Source: a virus
Taxonomy: Duplodnaviria > Caudoviricetes
Length of the DNA stretch: 64,000 bases
Direction: 5' to 3' (one strand)
Virus record (IMG/VR): IMGVR_UViG_3300024346_000016
Coordinates: 32,001 to 96,000 of that record
Position 1 is the stretch's first letter. Each line of letters starts with the position of its first letter. The notes beneath the pieces are model-generated. The model was not told the origin of the DNA and ran no database searches. It worked only from the letters and a program-made list of their open reading frames with translations. A program made the translations under genes and the position numbers. Below are positions 28,622 to 38,200 of the stretch, one piece after another.

Positions 28622-29932
28622 ATGATACTAGACATTAAAAACAGGGAACAGGTAGAATCAGCACAGTTTGTGCTTACAGTTGATTTCTTTTCAAATAAAT
28701 CAATTCAGCAACTTGCAGAAAAAGCCAAATCTGCTCTACACAGAGACATTGAGGTTGGCGCAACTCGAGATGCTTGGAAACCTTTACAGGAAAATGGAGC
28801 ACGGCTAACCAATCTCTATAATAACGGATTTAAAATGAAGCGAATGACAATCGGTCCAGTCTACTATTACGAAGGGGTCAATGCTCTTCTTAAATCATTT
28901 AAGTTTATTGAAGATAACGGGTACACTAACGAATTGTGTAAGGTTAAAATTGATTTAGGTTTCTCTAAAATGAATGAAGGAGCAAGAATTCCTCAGCTAA
29001 ATAAATTTAAATTTTTACTTAATTTTAATGAAGCTAAAGCCTTTGAATTATGGCCACAGGAGATTCGCTCAAGTAAAATCTATAAACACTCTATAAATTT
29101 AATATACCCAAAAAATAAATTTATAGCCGAAGCCGCTGTGCCGTCTGGCAGCTATTCTTCACAACTGGAATTTAGCTTTCCCAGATCAAAACAGTTTGGA
29201 ATCAATTTTGACAGAATTAGTGAAGGTTTTGTAACTATAAAGTATATCGGCGGAAAGGATTACGAAAAGAGAAATACCCAAGCCGTTGAATTATTAAACC
29301 TGGTAATAGAGTCTCTTTTTTCAACCTTAAAATCAAATTCAATCTATTCAGATAGAGATCGTGAAAAAATTAAAGAGATCTTAACCGAACAAAAGTCACA
29401 CTTAACTGCCTTAAAATCTTACGCAACATTTGAAACTAAATTTCCACTTATTAAATTATCAATGGATCTAGATTCAAGGCCAGAAATACTTGGTGCTAAG
29501 TTTAATCTGGTTAGGGAAAAACTTTTTGATCTGGTAACATATGGCGGACTGGTTAGAGGCCGTGTAAATTATAATTCAGAAACAAATCAAGTTGAAGTTT
29601 TAGAAGGTCGAATAAAAAATGGTTTTAATCTATCAAATATTATTTTTATGGAGTCTTCAATTCAGGCTGAACTTTCTGACTGTACACTAGTCAACTGTAA
29701 AGTTAGAAGTTCTAGACTTTTAGAGTGTACAATTTTTGATAAAAATGATATTAGATACTCAACTCTATCTAATTGCAACTTTAACCAATCTGGCGTTAAT
29801 ACAATTCAGCAATCAACAATTAAAGGTCAACCAAACATGCAAGTTTCAGCGGATTTAACTGAGTGTCTTGTTGTAGGATCACCACTTTCATACCACGCAA
29901 CTAAAGATTCTAAGACTGAGATTGCTCTTTAA
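28622..29932 (+). CDS. Degenerate putative amidoligase (COOH-NH2 ligase)-like protein with C-terminal beta-helix
   Basis: FIEDNGYTNELC, KQFGINF, YIGGKDYEK follow the amidoligase layout, but the catalytic positions appear substituted; C-terminal LSDCTLVNCKVRSSRLLEC repeats. Confidence 0.5.
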   Translation: MILDIKNREQVESAQFVLTVDFFSNKSIQQLAEKAKSALHRDIEVGATRDAWKPLQENGARLTNLYNNGFKMKRMTIGPVYYYEGVNALLKSFKFIEDNGYTNELCKVKIDLGFSKMNEGARIPQLNKFKFLLNFNEAKAFELWPQEIRSSKIYKHSINLIYPKNKFIAEAAVPSGSYSSQLEFSFPRSKQFGINFDRISEGFVTIKYIGGKDYEKRNTQAVELLNLVIESLFSTLKSNSIYSDRDREKIKEILTEQKSHLTALKSYATFETKFPLIKLSMDLDSRPEILGAKFNLVREKLFDLVTYGGLVRGRVNYNSETNQVEVLEGRIKNGFNLSNIIFMESSIQAELSDCTLVNCKVRSSRLLECTIFDKNDIRYSTLSNCNFNQSGVNTIQQSTIKGQPNMQVSADLTECLVVGSPLSYHATKDSKTEIAL

Positions 29933-29950
29933 GCAAATCCAGTTTGGGAT

Positions 29951-29958
29951 AATAAATA
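29951..29958 (+). promoter_or_regulatory. Late promoter AATAAATA
   Basis: Intergenic, 20 nt upstream of ATG 29979. Confidence 0.68.
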
Positions 29959-29978
29959 ACTAAAACAACTGGGCCTAG

Positions 29979-32210
29979 ATGGGAGTCTATTCTAACTTAA
30001 CAAACATTACCGATTTATCTGATTCAAGCTTAAGCTCGAGTATATCGACGTCTAACCAGAATTTTGATAACTTACAGGCGGCTATCCAAGCGTTTTTAAC
30101 TGCAATCTCATTTGATGAGACCAATAACAATATTTCGGTTAACCAGATTGCAGCAGTTGGTATTACAGCAAGTTCTACTATCAGAGTCGTACAAAACGGC
30201 TCTATTAAAATGCAGGTCGATGCAGATGGAGTATTAACAACCCAATCTGCCCTTGCTAACCTATTTCAAACACCTTTACTTAGATTACAGGATAATACTG
30301 GTAAGCTCGGCGCAGCTGGCCTTATTGGAGATGTTATCTATGCAAATAATACCGCTCCAGCTGGAGAGGGATTTTATGGATATACTCAAAATAACGGTTG
30401 GGTAAAACTATCTAGCGGTCAAGCCGCAAGCGGCCCAGTCGGAACAGCTTTTACTGGAATTGCAAATTCTCAAGGAACTGTAATATTTGGTGCAAGTAGT
30501 GCAACTGATACCCTTGGTTTTGAGGGTCAGGGTGGAACCACCGTGAGTCTAGATGCCGTAACCAAGAGGGTTATAATTAGCTCAGCAAATGTTTCAACTA
30601 ATTCGTTTAGTCAAATTGCAAATGCACTTGGTAATATTCAATTAAGTGCAAGCGGTCCACAAAGTACATTTAGAATTGAAGGTACTGGTGATACTACTGT
30701 TGCATTTAATGGTGCAACCAATAAGGTAACTATTAACTCGCCTGTTCAAACTCCAGGTTTTTCTAAAATTGCAAGCGCAAGCGGCGCAATTCAATTTGAA
30801 GCTGCTTCTATTAATGATATAATCAGAATTGCTGGAGAGGGTGGAATTAATATTAATTTTAATTCAACTACAAAACAGGTTTCAATTGGAATTGATACGG
30901 AGGCCCTTAATTCAGTTTCAGCCTTTACTATAAGTAATGATGGAACCGATATTGCATCAACCGAGCCTGCAACGATCTTAACTAAAATGGAGCAACTTGA
31001 TTTCAAGGAAGGTCCAGCTAATTTAAGTTCATCAATTTTAGCAGTAGCTGATCCATCTAGCGATAAGGTAACTGTTTTTGTAAGACCGATTTCTCCACCT
31101 ACATTTTCAGCAGACGTTTTTGTAAGTTTACCATTTGGTAAAACAGTTGGACGATTTATATCTGGAGACACAATTCCCGCAGCGGGTAAAACTGCTGAAG
31201 AGGTGTTTAACCTTATTGCACAGGAACCAATTGCTCCTACCGTGTCCCTAAGTTCCTCTACAAGTATCTTATTTAATCAAACTGCAATTTCAAATGAGTT
31301 AGTCTTTACTAAAACTATTAATACACTTGGTGCAACTACAGCAACTGCTGTTTTACAGTGGAGACGTAATAATTCTGGTACATGGACTACCTTAACTTCA
31401 ACTACTGGTGCAACTACATATACACACACTCTAACAGATTCGGCTTTTAATACTCAACCTTTTAATTATCAATATATTGTAACCGATAGTGCTGGAGCTA
31501 CCGCAACTGCAACTTTAACAATTACTCCACAATCTTATCAATCACCAAGTATCTCATTTAGTGCCCCAGCTTCGACTCTTTCACTATCAATTGAAAGTAA
31601 TCAAATTAGAGAACGCGGTAATACGTCATCTGTTTTACAGGGATCTACTTCCAGAAACCGACTCTATGTTCCAATTAGCGGATTCCAATATGCAGTTTCG
31701 TTTAATAGTGGAGCCTATGTAAATATTGGAACAGCTGGATCCCTAGCGGCAGCCGGCGGATCCTTTACTAATTTTACTGATACGTCAATTACATCATCCG
31801 CAACTAGCGCAATTTATCGAGTTTCTGTTACAGATTCCTATACAACTGCAACTGCTTCATATAACATAACTTACAAATACGTGGTATTCTATGGACCTAG
31901 TGCAAGCGCGCCAGCTAATTCAGCTGGAGTTAGAGCCCTATCTGGCAAAAGATTTACAGATGCCGGTAATACATTTACCCTAAATACAGGAGCAGTTCAA
32001 ACAATATTTACAGTAGCTATTCCTGCAACAATGGCCCTAACTCAAGTATTAGATCTGGATGCACTAAACGCAAATATCACAGCAAATTATACACTTTCAA
32101 CATTTAATGTTAATGATGGAGGAGGAACACCAGTTGCATATAAAATATACACGCTGACCAATGCTATTCCTTATAGCGCAGATCACCGTCACCAAATAAC
32201 TATCGCATAA
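29979..32210 (+). CDS. Virion fibre/decoration protein with three internal repeats and Ig-like C-terminal domains
   Basis: Three units FTGIANSQG../FSQIANALG../FSKIASASG.., each continuing ..(E/A)G.G..(V/I)....T.(R/K/Q)V.I; YQYIVTDSAGATATATLTI is PKD-like. Confidence 0.6.
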   Translation: MGVYSNLTNITDLSDSSLSSSISTSNQNFDNLQAAIQAFLTAISFDETNNNISVNQIAAVGITASSTIRVVQNGSIKMQVDADGVLTTQSALANLFQTPLLRLQDNTGKLGAAGLIGDVIYANNTAPAGEGFYGYTQNNGWVKLSSGQAASGPVGTAFTGIANSQGTVIFGASSATDTLGFEGQGGTTVSLDAVTKRVIISSANVSTNSFSQIANALGNIQLSASGPQSTFRIEGTGDTTVAFNGATNKVTINSPVQTPGFSKIASASGAIQFEAASINDIIRIAGEGGININFNSTTKQVSIGIDTEALNSVSAFTISNDGTDIASTEPATILTKMEQLDFKEGPANLSSSILAVADPSSDKVTVFVRPISPPTFSADVFVSLPFGKTVGRFISGDTIPAAGKTAEEVFNLIAQEPIAPTVSLSSSTSILFNQTAISNELVFTKTINTLGATTATAVLQWRRNNSGTWTTLTSTTGATTYTHTLTDSAFNTQPFNYQYIVTDSAGATATATLTITPQSYQSPSISFSAPASTLSLSIESNQIRERGNTSSVLQGSTSRNRLYVPISGFQYAVSFNSGAYVNIGTAGSLAAAGGSFTNFTDTSITSSATSAIYRVSVTDSYTTATASYNITYKYVVFYGPSASAPANSAGVRALSGKRFTDAGNTFTLNTGAVQTIFTVAIPATMALTQVLDLDALNANITANYTLSTFNVNDGGGTPVAYKIYTLTNAIPYSADHRHQITIA

Positions 32211-32212
32211 CC

Positions 32213-33139
32213 ATGAGTTTTACACCAGGACTTCAATTACCTTATGGTATTACACCAGTTAACCCGGTTCCAGTCGACGGGTACTCTGGGCCATATGCAA
32301 CAACAGCTGAAGCATTAGCTAATATTCCACAGGCTATTCGATTCCCAACCATGCAGGTCCGAATCGTTAATGGTGATGATAATCAGATGTACTGGTTTAA
32401 AGACGGAGTTTTAGATGTAGATCTTATTGAATTTTCACCAACCAATGCTAACTTATTAACTTTTGTTGCGCATCTTCAAAATACTTCATGGTTAGTTAAT
32501 GAAGCCGCTGATTTTAACAGTGGCAATAATGCAAATCCAACGATTTATGTTTTTAGAGGAAATATTTACAAATTTAAAGTTGCCTCAAGTATAGGTCACA
32601 CCCTGCAAATCCGAAGCGCAAATGGCACAGCCTATTCAGTCGGCATGCCGACTAGCGGTGCCGGTACAAATACTCAAGGTAGCGGCGGCTATATCTTATG
32701 GACAGTTCCATTTGACGCGCCAGACGATCTTTTCTATGTATGTACGGCTCACCAAAGCGTAATGCGAGGACATATTCGAGTTATTCCAAGTCTGGTTGCA
32801 CCAATTACTCCAAGTGCTGAACAAGGCAATGCTAATCAGGTAACATATACTTCAAATACTGGCAGTTATTCACTAGCATCAAACTCGGCAATTACCAAAG
32901 CAATTCATATAGATTCAACCGTGTGTATAAGTATAAATGGAGTAAGAAGACTCTTAACAGATTCAAATACGTCTCCTTTCTTTTTTAGCCGAACTGGTGG
33001 TATAAATCAATTATTATTAGCTCAAGTGCAGGCAGGGGATTCACTTTATACGAGGCCTGCATATTTAGAACATGGATTAGAAACCTCTGATCTTATTCTA
33101 CTTGAATATTTTAGCGGGGGCACAGTTACACTTGCATAA
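32213..33139 (+). CDS. Virion protein with cupredoxin-like domain
   Basis: NPTIYVFRGNIYKF..GHTLQI..VPFDAPDDLFYVCTAHQSVMRGHIRV (His129, Cys177, His180, Met184). Confidence 0.62.
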   Translation: MSFTPGLQLPYGITPVNPVPVDGYSGPYATTAEALANIPQAIRFPTMQVRIVNGDDNQMYWFKDGVLDVDLIEFSPTNANLLTFVAHLQNTSWLVNEAADFNSGNNANPTIYVFRGNIYKFKVASSIGHTLQIRSANGTAYSVGMPTSGAGTNTQGSGGYILWTVPFDAPDDLFYVCTAHQSVMRGHIRVIPSLVAPITPSAEQGNANQVTYTSNTGSYSLASNSAITKAIHIDSTVCISINGVRRLLTDSNTSPFFFSRTGGINQLLLAQVQAGDSLYTRPAYLEHGLETSDLILLEYFSGGTVTLA

Positions 33140-33157
33140 ATTACTGAACAACCAACA

Positions 33158-33165
33158 AATAAATA
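33158..33165 (+). promoter_or_regulatory. Late promoter AATAAATA
   Basis: Intergenic, upstream of ATG 33192. Confidence 0.62.
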
Positions 33166-33191
33166 ACTTAAATAAAAAGACTTTATAAACA

Positions 33192-34658
33192 ATGGCACTA
33201 ATTAAAGGTAAACAACTACAAGATACGTCAGTTTCACTAACTAAGCTGAGCGGCGCAACTGGTTCAGTTACGTTAACTACTGGTACAATTACCACACCTG
33301 CTGCAAACTTAGTAATAAGTAGCTTACCAATATCTGGAAGTCAAGCAGCAAACAAAGAATATGTCGATTCGGTTGCAACTGGATTAGATATAAAAAAATC
33401 AGTAGTGGCAGTTTATCGCACATCAGTTGCAGCAGCAGGCGGTACTCCAGCTATATCTACTAACAGCCAGCTAGACGGAGTCGACGCAGATGATGGTAAC
33501 GTGTATACAGCTATTATCACACAGGCGGATATCAGTTTCCTTGTACTTGACGGTATTACCATTACCGACGGTGATCGTGTCCTAATTGCAATTTCACCAG
33601 GCGGTGTTCGCCAAAAGGTAAATGGTATTTACGTATATCAAGGCAGTAAATTAATTAGAGCCCAAGATGCTGATAACGTAACTGCAAATATTGGAGAAGT
33701 TTCTGGCGGATTATTTACCTTTGTTGAGCAAGGAACAGTATATGGCGACACTGGTTGGGTATTAAGTTCACCAAACGGAGCAATTAGCGGCCAGACTGGC
33801 GCTGCTGGTTTATATGACTTTACCAATAACCCAGCTGGACTGGTTCAACTTGAATTTACTCAATTCTCTGCAGCCGGTGTTGCTGAAGCTGGTGTTGGTT
33901 TAACAAGAACTGGTACCAAATTTAATGTAAACTACGACGACTCTTCAATTGGTATTGATGGTGCAGATGCTTTATACATTAAAGCCGACGGTGTAACCAA
34001 TGCAATGTTGCTGAATGATTACATAAATATTATAGGAGACGGCGGCGGAAATGGTAATATTGCGCTAGGCGGATCATTAACAATCGCAGGTAATACTGGT
34101 ATTGATACTTCAATGACTGCAGGTCTATTATCAATTGACTTAGACCTTTCTGAATTAACTACCGTTACTACAATTGCAGATGCTGACTTTATTGTTACTT
34201 CTAGAGCAACCACTCCAGCAAACCAAAAAATTACATTTGCTAATCTTAAAACCTTAATTGGAGCTGCTAGTCAGTTAAGTATCAGCGCCGAAGGTGCTAC
34301 TGCGTCTAGTTTAGATTTAGATACAGATACTTTAGATTTTGCAACTGGTCAAGGTTTAACCTTTGCTGCAACAGGCGGTGCTGCTCCTGGTACAACAAAT
34401 ACACTTACCTTAACCGTTAGTAATAATGCACTAAACGTTCAACAATCAACTTCATATACAACCGCTGCCTTGGGCAATACTGATATTACGATAACAGCTG
34501 CTGCCGAGGTATTTTCAGTTACTATAAACGGAGTAATGTTAAAGAAAACTACAAACTGGGTATGGCCGCAGGGTGCAAACACAGTAGTTCGAGTAACAGG
34601 ATTACCATATGCTCTAGAAGCATCTGATGAAATCGAAATTACTTATAGAGTAGCTTAA
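33192..34658 (+). CDS. Fibre/decoration protein
   Basis: AANKEYVDSVATGLDIKKSV, DGITITDGDRVLI, NGIYVY, FTFVEQGT, FTQFSAAG..AGVGLTRTG are motifs common in phage fibre proteins; has its own promoter and terminator. Confidence 0.7.
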   Translation: MALIKGKQLQDTSVSLTKLSGATGSVTLTTGTITTPAANLVISSLPISGSQAANKEYVDSVATGLDIKKSVVAVYRTSVAAAGGTPAISTNSQLDGVDADDGNVYTAIITQADISFLVLDGITITDGDRVLIAISPGGVRQKVNGIYVYQGSKLIRAQDADNVTANIGEVSGGLFTFVEQGTVYGDTGWVLSSPNGAISGQTGAAGLYDFTNNPAGLVQLEFTQFSAAGVAEAGVGLTRTGTKFNVNYDDSSIGIDGADALYIKADGVTNAMLLNDYINIIGDGGGNGNIALGGSLTIAGNTGIDTSMTAGLLSIDLDLSELTTVTTIADADFIVTSRATTPANQKITFANLKTLIGAASQLSISAEGATASSLDLDTDTLDFATGQGLTFAATGGAAPGTTNTLTLTVSNNALNVQQSTSYTTAALGNTDITITAAAEVFSVTINGVMLKKTTNWVWPQGANTVVRVTGLPYALEASDEIEITYRVA

Positions 34659-34683
34659 TTTAACTATTAAATATTTTTTAAAT

Positions 34684-34710
34684 AAGAGCCTCCTTTATGG
34701 AGGCTTTTTT
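34684..34710 (+). terminator. Rho-independent terminator
   Basis: AGCCTCC-TTTAT-GGAGGCT followed by a T run. Confidence 0.85.
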
Positions 34711-34734
34711 ATTATTCAAAGTCAAAACTTGGAG

Positions 34735-34742
34735 TATAAATA
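34735..34742 (+). promoter_or_regulatory. Late promoter, exact T4 consensus TATAAATA
   Basis: Lies between the terminator and ATG 34769. Confidence 0.75.
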
Positions 34743-34768
34743 TCTATAGAAAAGATACAAACTCATAA

Positions 34769-35197
34769 ATGGCTCAAGTTAAACTAAAACAAGTTAATAT
34801 CAGTACTCACATGACGTATAACGAAACGTCTGGAGATATTAGTCATAATGGTAATTTTTCAGCTGTTACCAAGCAGTTCTTAATTGACCATCCAACCAAG
34901 CCAGGTTTTAAACTTGCGCACGGTAACTTAGAAGGCCCCGAACATGGCATCTACCTTAGAGGAAAGAGTGAAGCTAAACGTATCTTTTTTCCAGAATATT
35001 GGGCAAGCTTAGCAAACGCGGACTCAATCACAGTTACAATTACACCATTCGGTAAATCTCAATCGTTGTGGATTAAACATATTACTGATACTTATTTTGA
35101 AGTAGCAGGCTCGCACAAGCCAACTTTTTTTTATTTAGTGCAGGCTGAACGTAAAGATGTTAAACCATTACAAATTGAGATAGACATGAATAAATAA
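34769..35197 (+). CDS. Small protein consisting mostly of a fibre C-terminal chaperone-like domain
   Basis: KQFLIDHPTKPGFKLAHGNLEGPEHGIYLRG..FPEYW..VTITPFG..VQAERKDV is a motif set usually seen at the C-termini of long fibres. Confidence 0.6.
   Translation: MAQVKLKQVNISTHMTYNETSGDISHNGNFSAVTKQFLIDHPTKPGFKLAHGNLEGPEHGIYLRGKSEAKRIFFPEYWASLANADSITVTITPFGKSQSLWIKHITDTYFEVAGSHKPTFFYLVQAERKDVKPLQIEIDMNK
35189..35196 (+). promoter_or_regulatory. Late promoter AATAAATA overlapping the upstream stop codon
   Basis: 22 nt upstream of GTG 35219. Confidence 0.55.
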
Positions 35198-35218
35198 TTC
35201 AAATAGTCTATTACATAC

Positions 35219-38200
35219 GTGGCGCAAACGGTCAAGATAACTCCCGCATCCGGTTTATTAGAATTCATAGGTAATACTACGTCGAACAAACCGTATCTAC
35301 AGCATGATGATAATGGCAATCTTACATTAACTCTACAGGCGACTAAAAAATTCACAGTTGCCGGCAATCTTAAGGTTAATGGTAAGGTTACAATGGCTCA
35401 GCAAACCCTGACTGATGGCGCAGCTATTACTTGGGACTTTAACTCTGGAGCAAATGCAAAGGTAACCATTGCTGGAGCTAGAACGTTAGTACTTTCCAAT
35501 ATGGAAACTGGCGATACTGGTTTAATCTTAGTTAAACAAGATGCAGCCGGTAGCCGAACCCTAACCCTGCCAGGCTCAAGTTCAATTGTTGGCGGCGGTA
35601 CCTATACAGCTTCGCCTGCAGCCGGTGCAACCGATGTCTTAGGCGTTTACTATGATGGTACAACTTATTGGTGGACGATTGGTTATAATACAGTATCGCC
35701 GCCCATAACTTCAATTGGAATTACTGGTGCAGATTTTACAATTGCAAACTCACCATTAACAGCAAACGGCAATATAGGATTAGCCTTAGCAACAGTTAAC
35801 TCAACAGTTGGAACATTTGGTTCAGCGACAGCAGTGCCCGTAATTACAGTTAATGCCAAAGGTTTAGTTACTGCAGTATCTGCAACTAATATTTCAATTC
35901 CAACAAACTTAGACAGCTTAACTGATGTTACAATAACATCGGCTGCTACTGGTCAATTATTACAATTTAATGGATCACAATGGGTTAATTGGACTCCAAA
36001 TTATATTACTTTAACTTCTTTAAGTGGAAGCACAGGTATTAGTTATAACAATACAACTGGTGCTATTAGTTCTACAATAACACAATATACAGATGCTTTG
36101 GCTAGAGCTGCTCATAGCTTTACGGCAGGCAGTGGCGCGTATAACGCTACAACTGGAGTTATAACAATACCTACGAATACTAATCAGTTAACAAATGGTG
36201 CAGGTTACATCACGTCTTATGCAGAAACAGATACCCTTGCAAGCGTAACTGGTCGAGGCGCAACCACAAATACGGCTTCTGTATTTGCAGGCGGATTATA
36301 CGCGCGAAAAGCTCAAGGTGACGGCGATTATACAACAGCAGCTCTTTGGACTGAATCATATAACAACACAACGACCGGTATAGCATTTCATATTAGTGGC
36401 GTGGTTGGTAAGTTCTTGGAAATGAGGCTAGACCAAAGACTATATTGGGATAACTCACAAGTATGGACCGCAGGCAACTTAACTAACCTAAACCAATTAT
36501 CAAATGGTCCGGCTTATATTACAACGGCTGCTCTTTCTGGATATGCAACTCAAACCTACGTAAACACAGCTGTTTCTAACTTGGTTGCATCGGCACCTAG
36601 TACACTAGACACACTTAACGAATTAGCTACCGCATTAGGTAATGATGCTAATTTTGCTACCACAATTACCACATCAATAGGAAACAAAGTTTCTAAGAGT
36701 GGTGATACAATGACTGGTAATCTTGCCTTTGGCGCAACCTCTGGATTAGGCCTTACTTGGGGATTAAACACAGATGCCGCATTTATTAAATTTATATCAA
36801 CCGGCAACCAGGCTGGAGGATCTTACCTTGAAATTGGTACACAGGATGACTCAAACGAAGAAATTAAGTTTACTCAATCTGGAGTTCTTAAATTTTATTT
36901 AGCAACTGACGGTAATTTAAAAACTGGCTCAGGTTACAATTACGTTTGGGAAAACGGCACTTGGGCAATTGGTATTTCTGGAAACGCTGCTACAGCAACC
37001 AATGTAGCATGGACTGGAGTAACAGGCAGACCTACTGCTCTTTCTCAATTCTCTAATGACTTAGGAAACTATGGAGGCTGGCTAACTCAAGCAGCAGCTA
37101 ATCCACTATATGTTAATGTGGGTGGAGACACAATGACTGGACCTTTAGTAATTACTGGTTCAACTAGCGGCCAGGAATTATTTGCAGTAAACGGAGTTAA
37201 CGGCAGACTGTTCACAGTAAGTGATGATCTTTCAAATTCTTTATTTTCAGTAAATACTGTAGCCGGTCTTCCTGTAATCGAAGCCTTTGCCAATAATACT
37301 GTTAATATTGGACCTTTTTCTGCGCCTATTGTAATTAATGCAAGTGGAATCTCTACGCCAAGTCATGGTACTTCCGCGAATTGGAATTCTGCATATAATG
37401 ATACAATAACTTCAGCTGCAGTTAGTGGAACAACCTCAAAAACCCTAACTCTTACTCAAAGAGATGGAGGCACAGTAACTGCAACGTGGACAGATATCGA
37501 TACCGATACAAATACTGATGCTCAGACATTAAGTGTTAGTGGATCAACTCTTACCATTAGCGGAGGTAACTCAATTACTTTGCCAACCGGCGGTATTTCA
37601 CAAGCAACAGCAGACGGGCTATACGTTAATATAAGTGGAGATGAAATGACAGGAAATCTGTATATTTCTCCAATTAGTGCTAACCCAGCACAAATTCAAT
37701 TAGCTGGATCTAATCCAGAATTATATGTTAGTGCTAAAACTGGAACTGCCAGGGTATTCATTAGCCGACAAGGAACAGGGCATCAAGCAACGCTGATGTT
37801 TATGACTGGCATGGGCACATATCAAGGAACTGCTTGGGATTACACAGGAGCACCAATGTGGTCGATGGGAATGACCAATAATGCTAATACTAATAGTTTT
37901 AAACTTGGATATGGCGATATTTATGATCCAACTGTAGTTGCACTTGAAATAACTACTGCAAATACTGCGTATTTTAAATATGTACCATATGCAGCCGGAA
38001 ACCTATTAGCAACTCAATCATGGGTAACTTCTCAGGGTTACATAACTGGTTACACTGAGACTGATACTCTAGCGAGTGTAACAGGTAGAGGCGCAACCAC
38101 GTCAACTGCTTTATCTTTAAATGGAAAAGTTACTTTTTCAAGTACAGTTGCAAATAGGCCACAATTCCCTGGTGGTATTTTAGGATTAGATACAAGCGAT

